The position numbers were made by a program, and so were the translations under genes. The notes under the pieces were generated by a model that worked only from the letters and a program-made list of their open reading frames with translations, did no database searches and had not been told where the DNA came from. From Eledone cirrhosa (lineage: Eukaryota), in NCBI GenBank assembly GCA_964016885.1, contig OZ024741.1, forward strand, positions 380,804,001 to 380,868,000: a stretch of 64,000 nucleotides of DNA, given 5' to 3'. Shown here piece after piece: positions 1-10,901 of the stretch; position 1 is the stretch's first letter; every line of letters begins with the position of its first letter.

Positions 1-190
1 CTTCCCGAAATTCGCCAAAACTACACCTGATGTACCCCTTCCATACACATGCACAGATGTGTATATCATGTCTCATGCACTGTTCATTTTCCTGACGTTT
101 GGACATTACCCTATGTACTATACATACACTTTTTGATGAATTGTAGTGCACCTGAGCACTGTACACAATATTTTCATTATTATTATTATT
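1..190 (+). mobile_element. 3' end of a LINE (CR1-like): last codons LPEIRQNYT*, 3'UTR and (ATT)n tail
   Basis: Frame 1 reads LPEIRQNYT-TGA (1-30). It is followed by ~145 nt ending in a short hairpin (gtgcacctgagcac) and a (att)n tail. Clade assignment is from recall of similar LINE termini. Confidence 0.5.
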
Positions 191-332
191 ATATATGAAA
201 ATATATATTTCATTTTCTCAATTTATTTTCCTTACTTCTCAAATTACTGTTTCCTTTAATAGTATATTTATAAAGCTTGAATATAAGCAATATTATGACT
301 GATTTTAGATACGTGCAAGTATAGTGAATATA

Positions 333-524
333 TGAGGGTCAGTTAAAAGTTAATAGGCTGACTATGAAGGAATGACACAAGACCTGTGAAATCTTGCATG
401 CATTAATTTCAAATCTTCTTAGTAATAACTGCATTGTTTCTTTCCAGGGACTATGTTGGAAAATAAACCTCATTATTCCATGAGAGTATATTGGTCAGAC
501 TATGAAATTTTCAGCCAACCCGCA
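333..524 (+). mobile_element. mariner-derived MITE (internal deletion derivative of the family at 54747-56013)
   Basis: TA flanks at 331-332 and 525-526. Imperfect TIRs tgagggtcagttaaaagttaataggctgac / gtcagactatgaaattttcagccaacccgca. Left and right halves align with the two ends of the mariner at 54.7-56.0 kb. Confidence 0.85.
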
Positions 525-548
525 TAACTATTTTTCATTTATTAATTT

Positions 549-640
549 CATCATCATCATCATCATCATTATCGTTTAACATCTATCTTCCATGCTGGCA
601 TGGGTAGGATGGGTTGACACTTAGGGAGAGAATCAGGTCA
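549..640 (-). mobile_element. RTE-type 3' tail fragment with (GAT)n tail
   Basis: Reverse complement reads cccatgccagcatggaagatagatgttaaacgat(gat)n, the same terminus as the RTE copies at 25264 and 39655. Confidence 0.75.
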
Positions 641-767
641 GAAGTTCATATTTAGCTCACCTGGGACAGGAATTTGCAGACGTAGGTAATAGGGGAGGGG
701 AGAAGGTAGAGGAAGGTGTTGCCTGCCCCTGTTTCATACAGTGGTAAATGCATGCTTCCAGTATTAT

Positions 768-866
768 GGTTGACTTTGCCTTTCATCCTTACGGGGTCGA
801 TAAAATAAAGTACCAGTAATGCACTGGGTAATTGCTGGCCTTGTGCCTAACGTAGAAACAATTATT
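768..866 (+). mobile_element. 5'-truncated tRNA-derived SINE (young subfamily), 3' half
   Basis: ggttgactttgcctttcatccttacggggtcgataaaataaagtaccagtaatgcactgggtaattgctggccttgtgcc...gaaacaattatt matches the full copies at 12720 and 53022. Confidence 0.85.
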
Positions 867-1187
867 TGTCATCTGAGAAGTGACCCTTTAGTTTTCTTGC
901 ATTATACAAATAAAATCCTATAGAGGACATTTCATCATTAATATCTCCATGAAAGGACATGAAATTTCTTTTACTATTTTCAGTCGGTAGACTCAAGGCC
1001 ATAAAGGAGCATCATCTTGAACATTTTTAGTTGATCATAATGACCCTAGTAATTATTTGTATAGTTTTGTACTTTTTCTACCAAGCATTATATCTCAAAC
1101 CACTAAATCAAATGACAAAAACAATTAGCAACATAAATACAGATACAGGGATGTACACACATACACATTGAGAAACATTTACACATA

Positions 1188-1357
1188 CAAGGTTCAGCTG
1201 AAAAGTTCCTAGGCCGACCAAGATACTCTCAAGGAAAAACCACAAGTTTTAATTTTCAACATAGTCTCTGGAAAGGTTGAAATTATTGCCTGCAAGATAT
1301 CACAGCTTTGGCATCACTCCTTTACAGCTAGCCTATGAACTTTTCAGCTTACACTCG
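1188..1357 (-). mobile_element. mariner-derived MITE, second copy (reverse orientation)
   Basis: TA flanks at 1186-1187 and 1358-1359. TIRs caaggttcagctgaaaagttcctaggc / gcctatgaacttttcagcttacactcg. Internal junction (ttccag|agactatgttg) is at the same place as in 333-524. Confidence 0.8.
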
Positions 1358-1384
1358 TAAATATGTAAATATATATGTGTGTGT

Positions 1385-1402
1385 GAGAGAGAGAGAGGGA
1401 GG

Positions 1403-1466
<64 letters not shown>
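1385..1466. repeat. (GA)n microsatellite
   Basis: Direct reading. Confidence 0.95.
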
Positions 1467-1470
<4 letters not shown>

Positions 1471-1640
1471 GTATGCATGTTGGGTATCTGTGCAGTTTTT
1501 GACTTCGAAATTTCACTCACAAAGCATTAGTGAACTTGGGGCTAAAATGGAAAACAAATTGCCCAAGCTACTTCACCAGGGTACTGAATCTGAAGCCTCA
1601 TGTTTGTAAAGTGAAATTCCTAACCACACAGACAAATAAT

Positions 1641-1818
1641 TGTTTCTATTTTAGGCACAAGGCCAGCAATTACCAGTACATTACTGGTACTTTATTTTAT
1701 CGACACCGTAAGGATGAAAGGCAAAGTTAACCTCGGCGGGATTTGAACTCAGATCATAAAGGGACGTAACTCTATGCTTCAAAGCATGGTGTCCGACTCT
1801 CTACCGATACTGCCAATC
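1641..1818 (-). mobile_element. near full-length tRNA-derived SINE with 14-bp TSD
   Basis: A-box (tggcagtatcgg) and B-box (gagttcaaatcc) on the minus strand. TSD cacagacaaataat at 1627-1640 and 1819-1832. Confidence 0.9.
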
Positions 1819-2280
1819 CACAGACAAATAATGTTGAATTGAGAGGAATTCTTCTCCAGGAGGTATATTTTGAATTAAAATATATATTCAATTCTCAAAT
1901 TTAATCATTCCAATCCAGATGACTAAAATGATAGTTGATCATCATCATCATCATTTAATGTTCACTTTTCCTTCCAGATAATAGTCGAGAAAATCAGGTA
2001 AAGTACCCTTGGAAATGAAAAAAAGGGGACAGCAGCATCGGTTTCCAAAATTTTGCCATTAATTCTTAATTAAATAGAATGTTTACATTTCTAGCAACTG
2101 GATTAAAATCTTCTAAAAGGTGGCAATCAGTGGCCAAATATGTCTTGCCATAATGGTTAATTAACCCACTTGGCATCTGAGGGATGTGGGGCTCAGTTCC
2201 TCACATGTGCCCCTATCCAATTTGTTCCATCTAATGAGGTACTTAACTTGATTTTTCCCTACTATTATTTTTAGTAATTG

Positions 2281-2525
2281 AGGCAGTGGTTTTGCAGTAT
2301 CGGTAGAGTGTCAGAACCCATGCTAGCATGAAAAATGGACGTTAAACGAAGATGATGATGATGATGATGATACCATCCTTTGTAGCATAGAATTATGGCC
2401 CTTTACGATTTGCGTTCAAATCGCGCTGAGGTTAGCTTTGTCTTTCATCCTTGTGGGGTAAATAAAATAAAGTACCAGTAATGCACTGGGGTAATTGTTG
2501 GCCTTGTGCCAAATGTAGAAACAAT
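2281..2525 (+). mobile_element. SINE with an RTE (GAT)n tail fragment nested inside (2316-2371)
   Basis: SINE head and body are interrupted by cccatgctagcatgaaaaatggacgttaaacgaagatgatg. The direct repeat attatttttagtaattga flanks the SINE on both sides. Confidence 0.75.
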
Positions 2526-2551
2526 TATTTTTAGTAATTGACTATTATTCT

Positions 2552-3077
2552 ATTATTACCTCTGGTCATGAATCTTGGGTAATGACCGAAAGAATATGAT
2601 CACAAATACAAGCGGCCATGATGGGGTTCCTCTGAAAGGTCTTTGGAGTAATGTTATTAAATAAAGTGCATACTTTTGAGATCAGAGAGTCATTCCAGGT
2701 GGAGCCACTACTTATTCGAATTGAGAGATCACAGCTCCGATACTATAGGTATGTGGTTAGAATGTCTCAGGAAAGAATTGCTGGACAGATTTTATGGGTG
2801 AAACCAACAGGTAGGAGACTCAGGGGTAGACCTCAAGCTAGATGGTTGGATAACATCCATGTGCTTAGCTGGTCAGGCTTTGGGATACAGCCGGATCAGT
2901 TGGAGATGGTTGCTTCTGTACTTCTGACAGGACTCGCTGGAGGGAGTGTTTGAGGGCTCTTACCCCACAACCTTCTCGGGAATAAGTGGGTGAAGAAGAA
3001 GAAGAAGAAGAAGAAGAAGAAGAAGAAGAAGAAGAAGAAGAAGATGATGATGATGATGAGGAGGAGGAGGAGGATGG

Positions 3078-3123
<46 letters not shown>
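2552..3123 (+). mobile_element. 5'-truncated RTE LINE of Expander/Rex3 type; decayed ORF C-terminus with (GAA)n/(GAT)n tail
   Basis: Translation GHESWVMTERI*SQIQAAMMGFL*KV...EPLLIRIERSQLRY...PTGRRLRGRPQARWLDNI, then ...ccccacaacc...gaataagtggg and a simple-repeat tail at 2992-3123. Confidence 0.75.
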
Positions 3124-3124
<1 letters not shown>

Positions 3125-4019
3125 GGAACTATTACATTTCTAATTTTTTCAATCTGTCAACTTGATATATTAAAATGTTTTTCAGTTGATATATTTGTAA
3201 ACAATAAGAACTGAAAAAAGCATATTTTCATTTTTTCTATTTTCTATGACTGCAATATGTTAGATGTGTTTGAATTAGAATTGTCCTTTAGTAATTAATT
3301 TGGCACATATTTCTGTATACTTATTAGAGATGTGTTAATACATGAACTCACAGTGATTAATTAAGATAAGGACTTGCTGACTCTATTCGGTGTAAGTTAA
3401 TATTTATTCTAAACAATATAAGAATAGCAGTACTCACAAAATTTAAATTTACATTTCTATTGTATGAACCATTTTAACCTCTGGACATTCATTTATGTAG
3501 AGCACCATAACTCTTGATGCAGGAATTTTAGATTTGTAAATAAGACTTTCAAGAGAATGCTAAGGATAAATTGGCAACAGTATATAACTAATCCTTTTAA
3601 AATGGAAATGGTTAGGTTAGAGGATATTAATACATTTGTTAAATTCTTGAGATAAAACTAGATGAGTCATATACTAAGATAAAAAGGAAATTTCATACGG
3701 TTATAAATTTTATAAGCCCCCCCCCCCCCCCCCACACACACACAGTCATATATTTGCACTCGCATAATATTTTAATAATAAACTCAATTCCACAGTTGCA
3801 CTCTTATAATGTCATAGTTACATTGCCACATACATTCGCTCTCATAATGTTATAATTATACACTCAGTCACATAGATGTACTCACATAATCTGGACAAGT
3901 GTTTCCATAAGGCAAAGTATGCAGTATCTAGTATGCAGACCTCAGAAATGTGTATCACTGAAACTTAAAAGATCACATTTTTATACAAATTTGTATAATT
4001 AAATAAAATACATAATAAT

Positions 4020-4126
4020 TGTTTCTATATTTGGCACAAGGCCAGCAATTATCCCAGTGCGTTACTGGTACTTTATTTTATCGACCCCGTAAGGATGAAA
4101 GGCAAAGTCAACCTCGGCGAGATTTG
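4020..4126 (-). mobile_element. 5'-truncated SINE with 18-bp TSD
   Basis: TSD aataaaatacataataat at 4002-4019 and 4127-4144. Confidence 0.9.
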
Positions 4127-4232
4127 AATAAAATACATAATAATATTCTGTGATCAATAAATAAATCACAAATTTTCTTTGCCACCTTGTAAAATAACCC
4201 ATGCAGTAGTGAATGTCATATGGTGTTATGAC

Positions 4233-4323
4233 CAGGACCGGATTTAATGGGGGTGGGTGGGGTGTCAAAGAGGGCAATTGCCTGAAATGCCCCAAGGATC
4301 CCCAAGATCTAAATCTATCCCTG
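4233..4323. mobile_element. 91-bp hAT-type MITE
   Basis: TIRs caggaccggattta / taaatctatccctg. Perfect 8-bp TSD gttatgac at 4225-4232 and 4324-4331. Confidence 0.75.
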
Positions 4324-7300
4324 GTTATGACCAGTCACACAGTGTGACATTTCTGTGTGTGGATTATGTGATGAATCAAAAGATAAGTTCGTCAGCTTGC
4401 CTAATTTCAATTGAAATGATATTATTTGGAAAAATCAGACACATAACTCTGGGAAGGTGATGCACATTTTAGGGCTAGACAAATGTCTAAATAACTAGGT
4501 GTTGGCCCTGGATATAATATACTCTCATTTACTTAGATGAGCTCAAATAATATCATAACATAGATAGTCATATAGAGGCACTCAGAGAAAGTTATAATCA
4601 TACACACTATAATTAATAACCACTATGTGATAAAATCCAACATAATTTGTTTATATATGCACACAAATAAAATTGCTGCTCACATACTAATCAATAAAAA
4701 TATAATATTGCAGACAACTTAATCTGTTTGTTGAACTTATTTAGTTTTTTATTTAGAAAGATATATGACATTTTACACCAATGTTTACAATCTAAATATT
4801 CTCTCTAAATGTTTAAAAAGAATGAATAACATTTTAAATACTAATAGACGAAGCACTAAAATAATGGCTGACATCTTTTTAGAATTTTGGTACAGATTTG
4901 TTGATAGGAAATTTTTTTTTTCAATTCCCCCAAACCACCTTAATTTCTCACAGCCAAGACTTGTTTACTATGTAAGAGTTAAGACAATAAACTAAGATGC
5001 CAATTGCTTTATCAATCGAAAGGCTAGCAGGTAGTAGGGTGGGTGAGTTCTTCTTCCTGGATATTTCAAAATAAACCTGCTTTATTAAGTGAGAATCAAG
5101 ATCAATTTCTTCATTTAAAATTGATTAGCATTGAACCATTCTGCTGTGCTGTGTCTAATGACTAAAATAACAGTGAGTCAGTAAGATAGTTTCTACATGA
5201 AACTATAATACAACAGGCAAATATATTTCAAAATACATGCACACTGCTTGAATAGACAATGTAGTTGTTATGTATAATGTTTAATTTTATTAGACAAATT
5301 TGTATAAAATTGTGATCTTTTATGGTTCAGTGATGCACATTTCTGAGGTCTGCATAGTTTGTCTAATGGAAACCCTCATTATGTGACTGAGTGTATGATT
5401 CTAACATAATGCTTCTATGTGGCAATTTATGCTATGACATTATATTAGAGCATCTGTGAAATTAAATGTATCATAAAAATATTATGGGATAATCAGTGCT
5501 CACGTGGGGATAAATAGCAAAATCAACAATGAAAATTGCAGAGATTGAGAGAGAAACTTCTATTTGTTTTGGGTTTTGGCATCTCTCTCTCTCTCTCTCC
5601 TTCCCTCTCTCTCTCTTTCTCTATCTCTCTCTTTCCCGTCCTTATTGTGCTGCATTTCAAGATACAATATCTCTCATATTTTATTTTTCCTCTATATTAA
5701 ACTTATAATGCCAGCCCATCCAAACTTTTATGAAGCAAAATTATCAATTTTGCAGAGTTTCTTTGTTAAGTGAACTCTTCCAGCATAATTTGATATAAGA
5801 ACCTTTTATTAAATTATGTTACAAATCTTATCTTGATAATGTAATACTTAATAAGTTTAGTAATTCCCTTTAAATTCTTCATTAATCCTTTCAAATACAG
5901 TGTATTTGATTAGAAATATGATAATGCAAATTTAAGGATATCTTCACTATTTGCTCTAAAATTGCATTCTTCTGCTGATGATGCATCCCTTCCTCTTCTT
6001 ATCTTCCCAGAAACAAAGTTTATCTACTCGTAACCTAAAAATCTCATAGGAGGCTTAAACTACTTTGGTAAAATGTGAACTAGAAAACATCCTTCAATAA
6101 GAACATAAACCAATCCTCCTCCTCCCTTTCTTCTTCACCCATTTATTTATTGGAGAGCTGTGGTGGCAGAGACCCCACATACATCACCCAGTGGATCCTT
6201 TCAGAAGCAACTGCCCCCAATTGATCTGAATGGATCCCCAAGCAAGAACAATGGATGTTATCCAACCATGCTGTTCATGATCTACCCCTGTGTTTCCTGC
6301 CAGTTGATTACTCCAAAAACATCTAAGGGCCACATGGCAGTGTTAAACTGTACAAGGGATTAATTCTACTACCTAAGTTTGTGACAGAATAAATACCAAT
6401 GCTCTAATTATTCTAGTTGAGACATTATTTTAGAAATTTGGTAATCTTACTAGTGTCTTTCCTAGTGGGTTGTTTGATATGACAATTTACAGTAAACTAA
6501 AGTAAGATATTTAATTTTGAATATGATGCAGTTAAAGTGCTGTTTTATGCATTCCAATAATGTCTTACTAATAGTTTCATGTGGTACAGCATGTTATGAG
6601 CTTAAAACATTGGTGCATCAAATATGACATATTCAGACAAACAGTGAAATGTAAAGTGTCTTGGCCAAGAATTCATGGCAAAATTTAGATCTTGATCTAA
6701 ATGTTGCCATGAATTCTTGTTATATGAATCTATAACACATATACTATAAATAGAGCATTTTAATCACACATCCACTTAATTGTTTATTTTCTAAATTTAT
6801 TTGTATTATGTTTATATTCAATTACTTGTATTTGCAGCATATAATCATCATCATCGTTTTGGAAGATAGACTTTAAACGATGATGATGATTATATGCTGC
6901 AAATACAGATAATAGAAAAACTATTAGGTGTGGTTATTGGTAACTCTCTATCCAGAAAAAGATTTTCATTAAATTAATAAATAAAATCAGACTAAAGTGC
7001 AATGTTTAAACGAGGTCAACTTTCCAATGTTAAATATTCCTTCATGTATATAAAGACTAAAAAATTCACTTTCAAGTTTTCCATTTTTTCCTATACAGCA
7101 TTCTGACAACAAAACTAAAGGCTTGATATTTGTTTTATATTTAATTTTAAAACATTCTTTTTTACCTTGTTTCAACCTTTCATTTATCAGATTTTCTTTT
7201 AACATTTAAATAAAAGGCACTAAGGATTTGTCTCCAAATGTCTTTATTCTTGAAATATATTGAACAAAATTTCTTAAATAGATATTTTTAAAAAAATCGT

Positions 7301-7799
7301 TTCCTAAACAGAAATTTATAATTTCAAATTGAAAATTGCTAAAAAAATGTATTGATGTAAGCACTTACATAATTAAGGAGCATCTTGACATGTATTAAAA
7401 GAAAACTGATGAATCACACGCTGCTATTTCATATAAATGGCCTCTTTAACATAGTTCTAGATTAAAATATTCTATATCTATATCTCTTATTTATCCAGGA
7501 ACTTACAATAATACTATTTTGCAAGAAGGCATCCATTAATATCTTCATCTCAATTCCATTGAATCTGTCAAGGTTGGTTGTATTTTCTCAGTATTAATCA
7601 ATAAGCATTAAGTGTCTAGCTAAGTACGTGTATTTATCACAAATTGTATAAGTAGTTGAGAGCAGCAGTATACCGTATATCAATATGGAAATATAGCATG
7701 TATCGCATCCTAAAATATTAATATTAAAGAAGATTTAATTAAGATTAATAACTTTATATGATTCTTTTATGAAACTCAGTTTATGTAGAGCTGGTGGTA

Positions 7800-7939
7800 T
7801 AGCTGTGGGCTCAGGAAGTTTGCTCCACAGCCAAGTGTTATGAGGTCATTTCCACTGTGTGGCACCTTGAGCAAGTGTCTTGGGTTAACTTATGCCTTGT
7901 TCATGAACTTTGGTTGAGAGAAACTCTGTACAAGCATGT

Positions 7940-7940
<1 letters not shown>
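7800..7940 (+). mobile_element. decayed tRNA-derived CORE-type SINE ending in (TA)n
   Basis: tRNA-like head gctgtgggctcaggaagtttgct, CORE-like gcaccttgagcaagtgtctt, then (TA)n at 7941-7990. Confidence 0.55.
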
Positions 7941-7992
<52 letters not shown>

Positions 7993-8046
7993 CGTTTCTG
8001 AATTTGTTTAGCAAGATTCTTTATCTGAAAACGTGTGTTGAAACCG

Positions 8047-8202
8047 ATATTGTTATACTTTGGGAGGGTTATGTTGCCAATAAGAAACACACGCACCAGT
8101 TGCTTTCACTTCAATTTATTATAATAAATTTATTATAATAAATTGAAGTGAAAGCAACTGGGGCGTGTGTTTCTTATTGGCAACATGACCTTCCCAAAGT
8201 AT

Positions 8203-8210
<8 letters not shown>
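8047..8210. repeat. spacer-less palindrome (82-bp arms) of a Penelope-like terminal sequence between (TA)n tracts
   Basis: Arms differ at about 3 positions, centre 8128/8129. The same sequence occurs singly at ~32920-33002 next to (TA)n. Confidence 0.85.
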
Positions 8211-8295
<85 letters not shown>

Positions 8296-8634
8296 ATTGG
8301 TTTTGCAATCGAAAGGTTGTGAATTCAATTCTTGAGCAAGGCACTTTATTTCACATTGCTCCATTTTACTCAGCTGTAGAAATGAGATGATAGTTACTGG
8401 GGTCCCTATAATTCCACTGCAAAGTGATCGTGGAGGTGCCACGGCAAAAAAGCACCCAGCCCACACTATAAAGTGGACGTGTAGGCGCCACGGAAAAAAG
8501 CACCCACCACTCACTGTAAATGAAGTTGGTGTTAGGAAGGGCATCCAGCTGTAGAAATGAGCCAGAAGCAGTTCCCGTCCCATGCTTGCAAGCAGGGAAA
8601 AGCGGACGTAAAATGAAATGATGATGATGATGAT
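8296..8634 (+). mobile_element. CORE-type SINE head joined to RTE 3'UTR repeats and (GAT)n tail
   Basis: ttgagcaaggcactttatttcacattgctcc...ctcagctgta (CORE-like), followed by aaaagcacccagcccacact units, ggtgttaggaagggcatccagctgtag and a (gat)n tail. Confidence 0.65.
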
Positions 8635-8647
8635 ATATATATATATA

Positions 8648-10901
8648 GTAATAATAATAAATTTCAAGACTAAAATCCAAAGAAGGCTCGATAAGGATAA
8701 ATATATATCAAATATATGAGAACCGTAGAGCAAATATTTATTAAAATAACAGATTAACGGGATCTTCTGAAACTAAAAAAATCAATCTTTGAACGCAGAA
8801 GTAAATGTTTCGAAAAACGTTGCAACCGAAGGAAGACAAGAAGACGATACTTTGGTTCGTGGGGACGTTCCCTATCAAAGAACGGGAAAAAACGAAGCTA
8901 ATACGTCATTGTTTGGAGCGGTGAGAACAATTACACACAAAGACAAAACCACCTCGATTGTTAATTACCTCGACGTTACCCTCAATTTGTCGAATGGCTT
9001 GCACTACCCGTATAGACAGCCGAATGATACGCTTAGTTACATAAGTAAGCATTCTAACCATCCTGCCAGCATAACCAAGAACCTGCTAAGAAACGTATCT
9101 TTGAGGCTTTCTCGTCTATCTGCAAACGAGCATATTTTCACCGATCATTCCACATATTACAATGAAGCTCTTGCTCGGAGTGGATTTGTCGATAAGGTAG
9201 CATATACCGAGTATGAGCATAGACCTAGGAAAAATAGATCCCGACGCATTATATGGTATAACCCACCATATAATATGGAGGTGACCACACCTAAGATCTT
9301 TCTCTCCCTTATTATGAAGCATTTCCCCCAGCACATAAATATAGTAAATTTTTTAATAGAAATACCATTAAAATTTCTTACTCTACGACTCCTAACCTTG
9401 CACATAACATCACTGCTTCAAATTTGGCTAAATTACTTAGCCGTAGGAACACGTGAAACCCTGAGCTAGTACTAACTGTAATTGTAGGAACCGGGAAATG
9501 CCTCTCTAGTAACATTGTCTACAAATGTAAGGTTAAAACACCCACGTCCCGTAGGGCCTACATAGGGTTAACCGCCAATAGATTCAAGCATCGTCTTTAC
9601 ATGCATACCCATACTTTTCTTAACCCTTTAAAAAGGAATATGACGTCACTTTCAGCTTATATCTGGAGTCTAAAAAACAACCAAACCCAGTATAGGTTAC
9701 ACTGGGAGATCCTAGCTAGGGCTAGATCGTATAACAGAAATAAAAGACCATGTGACTTATGCGCCGCTGAAGCCCTGGAAATACACTACGCCAATGACCA
9801 CATCTTAAACAAAAAATCTGAAGCAATTTCGGCTTGTAAACATAAATTGAACAAAACTTTCCTGTATTACAGCCCCACATTATAGCCTAACGGATAGTAC
9901 GAACTATACGTGGATAATTTACGTCTTGGTGTGGTAGCTAAGTATATTTAATGTTTATACCATTACTTATTTGTATAGGTAAGTATATTTTACCTGTATA
10001 TTTTGCGAAGGTACGTATACTTTCTCGTACGTATATTTGCTTGTATTTGTTATAGGCGTATAAATTATATTATATGAGTTTTGCGTTTGCGCGTGTATGC
10101 GGGTTTTCACGTCTGTAGGGTGTGTGTATATGTGTACTTTGTGTTTTGGTTGGCGTACGTTTAGCGAACATATGTGTATTTACATGTAGGTATGTGTGTG
10201 CGCGCGTTACATACGTATATATGTGTGTATATTTATATACGTTTATATAATTATATGTATACGCACACACACATACATATGTATTTTCTATATATGTTTT
10301 ATGTGTATGGGGTGTATACGTTCGTATGTGTGCGGGTACAGGCGTTGCGTGGGTTTTTGTATGTGTACGTGCCTGTATTTGCATACCCATGGCGGGTGTT
10401 TTCGCGTATGCATGTGTATGTACGTATATGGATGCGTGCATGTATATATATAGTCATTGTTGATTTCAATAACCTCTGTAATTTATTTACATTATTCTTA
10501 ACTCTGAAGCCTAGAATCATTCAGTTTCCAAAATAGAATTTTAGTCTTCGACTTCAGTTATACCATACACATGGTTTTGTCTTTGCGTGTAATTGTTATC
10601 ACCGCTCCACATAATGACGTATTATTTTCGTTTTTCCGTTCATTGCCAGGCAATGTCTCCACGAACCACCTAATAGAATATTAGTCTACGACTTCATTTA
10701 TACCATAAACGTGGTTTTGTCTTTGCGTGTAATTGTTTTCAACGTTCCAAATAATGACGTATTATGCTCGTTTTTTTCCGTTCTTTGCCAGGGAACGTCT
10801 CCACGAACCAAAGATCGTCTTCCTGTCTTCCTTCGGTTGCAACGTTTTTCGAAATATTTACTTCTGCGTTCACAGATTGATTTTTTTTAGTTTCAGAAGA
10901 T
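8648..10901 (+). mobile_element. 5'-truncated Penelope-like element (Naiad-type) with an inverted terminal copy at its 5' end
   Basis: RT thumb + GIY-YIG coding at 8953-9885. Low-complexity 3' region. Tandem ~140-bp units at 10533-10810. 8762-8952 is an inverted copy of 10711-10901. Confidence 0.85.
8953..9885 (+). pseudogene. Penelope-like RT C-terminus/thumb + GIY-YIG endonuclease (frameshifted)
   Basis: Motifs VNYLDVTL...PYRQPN...YISKHSNHP...RLSRLS...YNEALARSGF...IIWYNPPY; NRNTIKISYS; CNCR; NIVYKC...AYIG...FKHR; CDLC; LNKKSE...CKH. Confidence 0.9.

Noticed and set aside
8953-9885. Selenoprotein-encoding Naiad (in-frame UGA at conserved Cys), as reported for some Naiad elements
   Set aside because: All visible conserved Cys (CNC, KC, YKC, CDLC, CKH) use TGT/TGC. 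The one TGA (~9453) is in a frameshifted linker, and no SECIS was recognised.
10533-10810. Tandem ~140-bp repeats as a CRISPR-like array or retrozyme
   Set aside because: Only two contiguous units, with no unique spacers and no complete hammerhead core. They are part of the Penelope 3' region.
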